From: Eledone cirrhosa
Taxonomy: Eukaryota
Direction of reading: 5' to 3'
NCBI GenBank assembly: GCA_964016885.1
Contig: OZ024743.1
Span: 125,674,001 to 125,738,000, forward strand
DNA length: 64,000 bases
Position 1 is the first letter of the stretch. Each line of letters begins with the position of its first letter. Position numbers and translations under genes: made by a program. Under the pieces are notes generated by a model. It was not told the DNA's origin, made no database searches, and saw only the letters and a list, made by a program, of their open reading frames with translations. Below, in pieces: positions 24,072-34,900 of the stretch.

Positions 24072-27000
24072 TCTATACATATATATAAAACTGAAATTGT
24101 CTGTGTGCCCTAATTTTTGCAAAGTCTATACAAATCCACATTTCTACTCTGATTGACTTCAAACTTGTATTTATATATTCCTTGGGGTCTAAAGATATTA
24201 ACTGTAGCTTTTATTTTTCAATTTTCTGTTGTTAAAGTGGTGTTAGGCACCGGTTAGCGATCTCTCTCTCTCTTTCTTAGTCTGTCTTTTTAGATAGATA
24301 CATAGCTATAACGTCACGCCCTTATAATATCTGTCTATATGTCTGGCTGTCTGCATTACGACATTATGAAAACATTGTTCTCATTGCTGGCGTATTATCT
24401 TCGCTATTTTCTGTTCATTGCCAGGGAACGTCTTCACGAACCAAAGTATCGTCTTCCTGTTTTCCTTCAGTTGCAACGTTTTTCGAAATATTTACTTCTG
24501 AGTTCACAGATTGATTTTTTTAGTTTCAGAAAATCCCGTTAAGGGTGAAAGCAGCGATTCTTTGCTTAAACTTTAATCTGTTATTTTAATATATATATCT
24601 TCTTGTTTTTAAACTCTGATTACTGTTATACGTTCGTTTAATAAGCTTCTCGTATTTAAACACTGATTACTGTTATACATTCGTTTAAATTATGGTCGAA
24701 TTTGTAAGTTTAGAGTATATAAAAATAACCTTCTAGTTATAACTTTTTCGGGAACATTCTTCCTTCTTCTCTACTCTGCCCCCCAATGCATTATTTATAA
24801 GCCTACAGGTCCTCTCACACCCTCCCTCTCTCAGCAAGTATAAAATGAACCTGTCGGTGGTAAAAAATTTCAGAATTCTTCGAATCTTCATCCCTGCCGA
24901 AGGGACGTTTGTAATGTATTTCACGCCATTTTCTTGTCTCTCCATGTTTTACCCGGTTCATTTACTTAGAATCCAATCTTTCAATTTTATTCGATAATTC
25001 TGTCAGACCCTCAAAACAATCTTGTATTTAAACTCTGATTACTGTTATATGTTCGTTTAATAACCTTCTCATATTTAAACACTGATTACTGTTATACGTT
25101 CATTTAAATTTGTAGGTTTAGATTATATAAAAATAACCTAGTTAACTTCCCCATATCCCCCCCCCACCCCATTATTAGATGGTCCAATCATAATTCAACG
25201 GATTATAATAATATGTTTCTCTTACCAATCTCTTTCACAAAACTGCCGCCTCGGCTATCACTCCTTAAGTTTAAACCTGGTTGTCTTTGATATGTTAAAT
25301 GACTATAGAATTCTGGAGAGTATGAAGAATCTGGACACTCAAATGACAATGTCAAAGATAAAGATAAATTCACCTCATGTTGCAGGACGAAAATGCAAGG
25401 ATTCCTCTTTATTTCAAACATAACCCCATCTCCCTCACCCCTCCCCACACCTCTAACCCATCCCTTCCACTCACCAAACGAAATCCAAAACTTCAGAGTT
25501 GGTACCATGAAAAGGTCGCTCTAACACAAACTTCAAAAAATGAAACAATCACTTGATCACCTATAGATCAGGGGAACACGCCAGTCAAATATATTATATC
25601 GTTACCAGAAGACGTGACAAAGTGTCTGTTGTAAACACTAAATCCCTCCCCCATGAAGAATGCACCTCCCAACATAGCCTCATAGTTAGTGATCTCATAG
25701 TCAAGATGAGACGTACTCGACAACAGATAAGGACTACCCCGAGAAGAAGAATATGGAAGTTAAAGGTCCCCACAGCCAGTACCAAATTTAAAAGCATACT
25801 ACTCGACAGTAAGGAAGAGCAATTAGAGACGTACAGTATAGAGGAACAGTGAGAATTCCTGAAAGGTAACTTGCTGAAGGCAACAGATGAAATATGTGGC
25901 TGGAGCAGACCTATAGGCAGGAGGAGAGTAACATGGTGGTGGAACAGTAAGGTGGAGGAGTCAATCAAGGCCAAAAAGCATGTTTGGAAAGTATGGCGGG
26001 ATGGGGGAAGTAGAGAACACTATCAAGTGGCCAGGAGGGAAGCTAGGAGACAAGTGTACCTTGCAAGAAAGAAAGCAGAGGAAAGAAAGTTCAAGCATGT
26101 TCTACAACGTGAGGACCAAAAACGTGAGGTGTTCAGGATTGTTAGACAATGTGTCAAGGAAAACCGTGATATTGTCGGGGAGAAGTGTGTCCGTAATGAT
26201 GGTATACTTGCCATCACTGATACTGATAAGAAGGTAGCTTGGAAGTGTCACTACGAGAGGCTATTAAATGAGGAGAATAAGTGGGAAAAAGATAGTCTGC
26301 CCCAAATCGATCCAATAGAGGTACCAACAGTGCAAATTGAAGGTAGTATAATAAGTAAGACAATCAAAGATATGAAGACAGGCAAAGCAGCTGGGCCTTT
26401 GGAGATAGTTGCTGAAATGCTGAAAGCATCTGGATCGGTGGGAAACTCTATGGTCACCCGGATAGTAAACCAAGTCATACAGAATGGGGTCATACCAAAT
26501 GACTGGCGTAGCAGCATCATCATTAACTGCTACAAGGGTAAAGGGGATGCCCTAGATAGGGGAAACTATAGAGGCATTAAATTAATTGACCAGGTCATGA
26601 CGGTCACAGAAAAGGTTATAGCGCAACTGATCAGAGAGCGAATTGATATAGATGAAATGCAGTTTGGGTTTGTGTCAGGTAAAAGTACCACAGACGCTCT
26701 TTTCCTTGTATGACAACTACAGGAGAAGTACCTAGCTAAAAGTAAACCTCTATACTTAGCTTTTGTTGACTTGGAGAAAGCCTTTGACAGAGTCCCCCGC
26801 TCCATTATCTGGTGGGCTCTTAGAAAACTAGGTGTTGATGAATGGTTTGTGAGAGCTATACAAACTATGTATAAAGAAACAGTCACCAAGGTTAGAATTA
26901 ACAACGAATATAGTGAAGAATTTAGCGTAAAAGTTGGTGTTCATCAGGGCTCTGTCCTTAGCCCCCTCCTATTTATTATTGCCCTTCAGGCTATAACAGA

Positions 27001-29294
27001 GGAGTTCAAGACCGGCTGCCCATGGGAACTTCTATACGCAGATGATCTAACACTCATAGCTGAATCAATGGCTGAACTAGAGAAGAAATTCCAAACATGG
27101 AAGCATGGCCTAGAATCAAAAGGCCTTAAAATTAACTTGTCTAAGACTAAAGTTCTAGTATGTAGGAAGGAAAATAGGGCACTGGTCCCCTCTGGGAAAT
27201 GGCCATGCTCAGTGTGTGGGAAAGCAGTAGGCAGAAACTCCATTTTATGTCCCAAATGCAAAGTATGGGTGCATAAAAGATGTAGTGGGATCACAGGTAA
27301 GCTAGCTAAGAACATAGATTTTATATGTGGCCGGTGCTCAGGTGCAATAAGTAGTAACAAGTGCCCACAGGATACTAGCTCCTTCCATTGCACAGATGGT
27401 TCTATACAAATAGTGGACACCTTCCGTTACCTGGGTGACCAAATCAGCAGTGGTGGAGGGTGCTCTGAAAGTACAGTAGCTAGAGTCAGAACGGGAGGGA
27501 AAAAGTTCAGAGAGCTTATACCACTATTGGCTGCTAAAGGTTTCTCTCTAAAAATGAAAGGCAGACTGTATGAAGCCTGCATACGAACAGCAATGTTACA
27601 TGGTAGTGAGACATGGGCATTGTGTGTAGAGGATCTGCGCAGACTGGAGAGGAACGAAGCTTGCATGCTCCGTTGGATGTGTAATAGTAATATACATGAA
27701 CGGCAAAGCATAAATGAACTAAGTGAGTAATTAGGAATAAGAGGGATCAGATGCTGTTTACTCGAGAGAAGACTACGTTGGTATGGTCACGTGATGCGCA
27801 TGAAAGACGACAGCTGTATAAAAAAGTGCAGGGCGATCAAAATAGATGGAAGCTACGGAGTAGGCAGACCCAGAAAAACCTGGGACGATTTGATAAATTC
27901 TGACCTTACACACTTACACCTCTCCAAGATAATGTCACTAGACTGAGATCTTTGGCGCTACGCAGTAATACAGAAGACCCACCTTGACTAATTACAAAGC
28001 AAAACCTAGTCAGTAGGCACCTCTTAACCAAAAATACACCCCATCCCACTACCCCCATCTATACCACCCCTTTCTCTGTAAAGTCATGTTGGTACCACAA
28101 CATCCAGTCCTAAATAAATGAGGTCGTGTAGGTGTCACAACAAAAAAACACACAGTCCACGCTGTAATGTGGCCGTGTAGGTAACACGGTAAAAACCTGT
28201 CGACACTGTAAACGTGGTTGGTGTTAGGAAAGGCATCCAGCCGTAGAAAACCTGCCAGACAGTCCTATATGAGCAAGACAATCAATCTTGCCTCACGTGG
28301 GACAATTCCCATCTAAACCCATGCTAGTGTGGAAGATAGACGTTAAACGATGATGATGATGATGATAATATAATTATATATTCGTGTACAGATACTTTTG
28401 CATACACAAACACAAAATATAAACAAACGTATTTATTTCACGAAAGCACAGACGACTTATCGTCATTGTTACTGCCGATATGCCACCCAAAAAGTCCCAC
28501 TATTTTTGGCACAAGGCCAGCAATTACATAGTCAATGGTTCGGAAATCAGACGCATCACTGACGAGTTTATTCCTTACTCTACCAGTTAGTCTTAGTGTA
28601 CTTCGTCCTGCTTTTAGGTCATGCCTCGAAGGAAGAGATACTCCATTGGCCGAAATACTGCGAAAGCGGCAAGAAAAAGAACAAGGCAGGCAAATGAATC
28701 GTCAGTGGAATCTGCTATTCAACTGTCGCAAGATGCTGAACGTACTGCCACCAGAAGAGCACTTGAAACAGACAACCAACGAACCATTCATCGAACCGTG
28801 TCAGCTTTGCAATGTCTATCAACAAATCCCAGAGTCAAACCTTAGCTGTTGCTGGTCTTCTTTTGGAATGGTCATGTTTTTCACACGGGCAACTCTACGT
28901 TGGCTGCTCAAAAGTGGAAGCAAGACAAATCTCTTTGCATATGCCCGACATGGAAGAGCAAGAACATTGTGTACAAGGAGGTGCTACAATCATTGTTTAG
29001 GTAGACGAGGCAGAAGGGGATATACACGATTGGCTGAAGAAGGACGAGACTGTGTTAGTAGTATGACCAACACTGCTATCACACCAACAGCAGCAAAAAC
29101 AACAACAAAAAAGAGAGGAAACGCAATCACATGCTTTTCAAAAATCTTAATGGAAAATTATTTGCCTAAGCTCAAAATGTAGACACCATCCCCAGGCCGA
29201 GGTATTCTGTACTTCTCTGTACTGTTTCAGAAAGGAGGGATAAACATGCCAATCTATGTTTAGAAGCCCGAGCAACGCTGGGCCATTCTGCTAG
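24072..29294 (+). mobile_element. Non-autonomous Helitron carrying a nested RTE LINE and a RepHel N-terminal remnant
   Basis: 5' A|TCTATACATATATATAAAACTGA; 3' gcccgagcaacgctgggc hairpin then CTAG|T; interior shared with 50566-51474; ORF 28621-28845 MPRRKRYSIGR..SQDAERTATRRALET. Confidence 0.78.
25490..28368 (+). mobile_element. RTE-clade LINE (partial APE, RT with inserted PHD finger), pseudogenised; 3'UTR and (GAT)n tail; 5' boundary uncertain (possibly ~24600)
   Basis: ORFs 25553, 25871 and 26771 are in one frame to stop 27991: TWWWN, KGKGD..NYRGIKL, QFGF, DLEKAFD, GVHQGSVLSP, LLYADD, FRYLG, GSETW, RRLRWYGHV. Confidence 0.93.
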
Positions 29295-29359
29295 TTATAA
29301 ATACAATCGCTTTGAGAACAGAACCAGAGATAGTTATTACAGTCAGTAGGCATCTCTAT

Positions 29360-29810
29360 CAAAACACCCCCCCGTCCCACCACCTCCACCCCATCCACTG
29401 TACAGTTATGTTGGTCCCACAACATCCAGGCCGAAACAAATGAGATCGTGTAGGTGTCACGACAAAAAAACACACAGTCCACGCTGTAAATGTGGCCGTG
29501 TAGGCAACACGGTAAAAACCTCCCAGCCCCACACTGTAAATGTGGTTGGTGTTAGGAAGGGCATCCAGCTGTAGAAAACCCGCCACACAGTCCACGCTGT
29601 AATGTGGCCGTGTAGGCAACACGGTAAAAACCTCCCAGCCCCACACTGTAAATGTGGTTGGTGTTAGGAAGGGCATCCAACTGTAGAAAACCCGCCAGAC
29701 AGTCCTATGCGAGCAAGACAACCACTCTTGCCTCAAGTGGGAAAACCCCCGTCCAAACCCATGCAAGCGTGGAACACGGACGCTAAACCTGATGATGATG
29801 ATGATGATGA
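29360..29810 (+). mobile_element. RTE-3'UTR-derived repeat with ~113-bp internal duplication
   Basis: Highly similar to 28050-28368; 29471-29583 is repeated at 29584-29695; (GAT)n tail. Confidence 0.85.
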
Positions 29811-31844
29811 AAGAAGACAGTTCTGCTAACGCTATGAATTTCTCTTCACGAATACAGTCTTCTAGTTACTATTCTCTCGTATCTCATCCTCATCGCCAGT
29901 GAATTAGAGAGACAGATTGACCGCTACTACAGAAACCACGTATGCTAAGGATAAATACACACACACAGTAGGTTTCCTTATATTATTCCCTTCTACACTT
30001 TAGCCTTCCTTGTCATTTCTCTACTACTGACAAATAAAACACAACTTCTACTGTATCATTTTATTTGATATATGCCTTCACGCTAGCTCGGAGTAGCTAG
30101 TAAGACAATTAATGTAGGGATAATTACTGTCACGATTTTATTACTCAATATCAAAGAATACATCTATTCATTACATAATGGTGACCCCCATCACTACAAA
30201 GGTATATTTAAAGCTTGATATAGTAGGGAGTCTTAATGTTTTGAATACTAGTTCTTCCTCCGAATGAATAAAGAGAAAAAAAAAGGAAGACAGACAAGAG
30301 TAAAAAAGAAAACCGGGAAAGGGTTAGATAAAAGAGATAGCATCTATTGTTAATGAACCATTTTAAAAAATGAAAGGCTAGATTGTTAAAGTTATGGAAG
30401 GGAAGATAAGCATTAATTGGGGGTGGGAAAAGTGTGTGTGTGCTTGTCCATACTGGTCAGAGTAAGGAGGTATTGTACATTGACCAGTGACTATTTGAAG
30501 TTATTGTGAATGCTTGCCAGTAGTTCTAGAGAATCTGTAAGAGATGTTGATGATAGGAGCTAGATATAGAGAAGCAAAATCAAAACCAGTTACTTTCTTT
30601 GGTTCAAATAAGCAAACATAAAGCAGGAAAAAAAAACTATACATAAATGGAGATGATGATGATCATCGTCATTGGTAGTGGATAAATGGATCTGAATAAA
30701 GACAAAATACTGAAAGGAAATATTAAATGACAGCTTTAATATAATTTAAAATCCAACACACAAAAAGTAATTTTGACTGATTTATGATCTTCATTAATAA
30801 GATTATCAATTTCTTATTCTAAACCAACAAACAAACAAAAAACTCATGTGTTTCTTTCCTCAGTAAAATATCCAAACATATATGATTAGCGTGAAAATAT
30901 TCAAATATGGGTATCAGTAGCTTTTGAATGGGGAATAGTAGTTATAAGATAGGCTGGGCTAGAATCTAGAACAAAGTCAAAGAACAATATAGAAATATAT
31001 TTAACTAATAACACTCTTTGACTTATAGATACAATAAAGGTTCTAAATCCATAGGTATATATAATATAGACTCAAGGCATATATGGAAATATAATAAATA
31101 TACATAAGTCTTGCTGTGAGTATTTAAATCTGTGATCACTCTGAGACTTATGTATGTTTATTATACATAAACATATAGTATATGCCTCCATATACACTTC
31201 TATTTTGAATCTCATTCTTATACTACCAATAATTAATAATATAGACCTGAAACATTGCTTTTACCAAATCTTAACAGGTTCTCTAACTAAATTAAGGAAA
31301 TATATATATATACATATACAATTTCTTCAGAAATCATGTTGGATAATACAGATATGTTTGGATAATACAGAAGATACTGTATTACATGAGGAGACCATAT
31401 GAAAAACCAAATTGAAGCAGAGCCGGTTGTCATATCACAGTCAAGATGTTCATGAAGATAAATCTTAAAAGACAATTTGTTTCACATGCTAATCTTCAAA
31501 ATCCGATTGCATATGATGAAATTTCATCTAATTCTATGGTACAATGGCTTATTTATACTTTTTTCTTCATCATTTGCTTAGGAATTTACTTCAATTACAT
31601 TTCATTAATTTTGTCATAAAGACAAGAAGTGTGTTTCATGAACATTTCAAAGCATGTTCACATTAGAGTACATAACCAATGACCTAGAAAACACAAGTGG
31701 CAAAGTATCCACTTGGTAGTCACCATATACACTGAGCGGTTGCATCTATGTATAGAAACAATCCTATGAAACAGTGCAACACTCACAATGAGACCAAGAA
31801 AGCAGATAGACACAGCAACTTGCTATAACTAAAGTCAGCTAACA

Positions 31845-31909
31845 TCATTTCTCTTTATTTAAAGCTTGTATAAACTCCTCCAATTTCTCTTGAATTTGAC
31901 GCACACGCT
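31845..31909 (-). CDS. OPA1: OPA1 last coding exon ([21 protein letters not shown])
   Basis: cag acceptor, TGA at 31845-31847. Confidence 0.96.
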
Positions 31910-34900
31910 CTGTAAAAAGAAAACAAATTATTTAAATAGGCATTATTTTGTACAAAAATGTATCTGATATTTTATTAAAAATTAAAAAATTTCAAGTAGC
32001 TTCTTTAACTGCTATACAACTCTTTAAATAATTTCATATTGAATAATAAACCTCATTCAATAAATCCACAAGATTTTACCTAATTGTTGATACCACAAAT
32101 TTATATATATTTCTAGGAATGTAAGATATTAACAAATATGAAAAGCCTTATAAAATAAACATACGCTTCTTTAAAAGTGTGAAAGCATGACTTAGTCGTT
32201 AGAGTGCTGGACTCACATTCATAAGGCTGTGAGTTCAAATCCTGGACTGGATAGTACATTGTGCCTTTAGGCAAGACACTTTATTTCATGAGGCTCCAGT
32301 TCACCCAGATGGAAAAAACGAATTGTTACAACACTGATGCCAAGCTGTATCAGCATTTATTTTTACCTTGGACAGTATCATTGTCATGGAGACTTGCATG
32401 CATGGGTTACAGTTGGTCTTCCACAAAACACCCTGCCCAGGTTTGTGTGTCAGAGTGATAAACCCAAGCTGAGTGATACATTTGTGTAAAACTTATGGAT
32501 AGTCATGACTGAAGGGAGCCCTTTCCTTTTTTAAAAGCTGATAAAACTGGTATTTTCCTTAATATTTCTATTGAGAAATTGTAAATAGACACACATTTAT
32601 CAAATATATAATTTAAACACGCTAAAAATCATTTAGTATCTATATGTATCTGGATGATTATAATAATAGCATATAGAGATTGGGAGATGTGGAACCAAAA
32701 TACATTGTAAGGTTGCACCATTTTCCACAAAAATATTGCAGGAAAAACATTCATGCAACTTATCTACTGCACTTACAAAATATATGGTACATTGCATATG
32801 TTGTATATAAAATGGAAGTGTAACTTATTCTAGTGATGTGATACAGGAATATAATGTGCAATCTAGTGATTCTATCAGCATAAGGTTTACACAACCAAGA
32901 TAGTGATGTTACTTTAGCCAGACAAAAAGTACAAATTTTGACACCAAGAAATAAATATAAAGTGAATTTAACAGTTTTAAGTTTTTTTAATGGTTGAAAT
33001 GATTCTTCCATGATGTAATTAATGTGGAAATGGTAAAATAAGAAAAGGTAGGATACATTTGACTACATTCTATAAATAGGAAAATTGAATTGAAGATTTC
33101 TGAAAGTTTAAAAAAAAAACTGTGTAACACACAAACATTTTATTGAAACAATTACTTACTGAGCTCTTCTGCCAAGTCAACTCTTTTACCGGTAATCAAA
33201 GTTTTCAACTGGGCTTTATCTTCTGACATATCTTCCAGAATGTTCTTCACAATTCGTTCAAGGCGCCGAGCTAGAAAAAAGTCAATATGTACAGAGAATT
33301 CAAATTTCATACCAAATAGGCAATATGGATGGTTTTTTCAAGAATTTGTTTCCAGCATCTAATAGAAACACCAGAAATCCCTATTTGGTTTTACATCTGC
33401 CTTTTCTATGTTGGCATGGATTGGACACAATTTTACAATTTTTCATCATTTTTACTTATCCTACGAATCTACCTCCACTCCTAGAGAGTAGAAAGAACTC
33501 GTCAGTCAAGTCAATGATCAATAACCTCCCTAGTGCTGATGCCACAATAAAACACCCAATACAGTGTAAAGTGGCTGGTGTTTGGAAGAGCATCGAATTG
33601 TAGAAATCATGCTAATAGAAGGTTGAGAGGAGAGTTTAGTCATGACATGGCAACTTCTCTAATACTTGTGCCACAGAAAATGCACCCAGTACAGCCTGAA
33701 AGTGGTTGGTGATAGGATCGGCATCCAACTGTAGAAAACTTGCCAAACAAAGAGTTGAGAAAACTCTTCAGTTGCATCTAAGACATGACAACCTCCCTAA
33801 TGCTAGCATCAAAATGAAATGTACTCTGAAATGTACAGGAACATATATGTGCGAGATGCAGCCTCCAGCCTGTCTGAGAGGCCAGTGACTCCGACTAAAT
33901 ACTGTCTTGGTCTGTGATGTCTCATCCAACCTTTGCTAGCAAGAAAAACAGACATTAAATAATGATGATGATGATGATGGTGGTATGGCTTAGTTAGGGG
34001 TGAACGGGCAGTGCTCATGGCCCTTTTCAGGACCTTCAAAACTGGTGAGAGAAAGGGAAATAAAGAGTGAGATAATTGTCCTCAAACGAGAGGCCTGAAT
34101 GGCGTGTTAAATTGGACAATGCACTCACAAAATTAAGTCTACCATCGTTTTTTCATGTTGTTGATGTACCTGAGTTATATATTCTCTAAAAAATTCTAAT
34201 GTATAATCTTGTAAATTTATTTAATTATTCTTTTAACACTACTTCGGCAAGCACATCAAATAGGTCAGAAAAATCCTTAGAAATATAAAATGGTCAGAGT
34301 TATCTCCCATATCATCATCGCTTAATGTTCATTTTCCCTGTTAGCCAGGGTTGGATAGGTTGTCTCAGATTAGTTAGAGGCCACATCTCACATACGGTCC
34401 TGCACTCTATAGTGTGTACTGGGTACATTTTATCATGTTATTAAGAGAGGTTGTTTTACCCTTGATACAACCGAAGAGTCTTCTCAACACTTTTTTGGCA
34501 TAGTCTCTATAGCTGGGTGCCCTTCTTATCACTAATAACTTTACAAGGTGTACTGGATGTATTTTTTGCAGCACCAGCACTAGAAAGGTTGTCATGTTAT
34601 GATTGAAGAGTCCTTCCAATCCTTTTTGGCATGGTTTCTATAGCTGGAAGCTTTTTGCCAGAAAATTAAAAACAATATTAGTCATTGAAAATAATAAATT
34701 TTAGTTACCAAGTAGTTATTTTTAGACAGCTTTTAAAACCTTTTTACTGCAGTTTAGAAATAATCCCTTAATTCTTAAGCTAGCTACTTGTATCCTAACA
34801 TCATCCTTTTTACATATTCTTGTCTATGTTGGCATGGGTTGGACAACACTTTTTGAAGTAACTTTTCTATACACAGATGGTCTTCCTGACACCAAACCAT

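Noticed and set aside
28120-28260. preQ1-like riboswitch or self-cleaving ribozyme
   Set aside because: Only the topology (short stem, loop pairing, A-rich tail) is similar. I saw no conserved ligand-binding or catalytic core such as hammerhead CUGANGA/GAAA.
28535-29182. 215-aa ORF as a host gene
   Set aside because: No recognisable domain. It overlaps the Helitron-like stub in another frame and lies inside Helitron termini.
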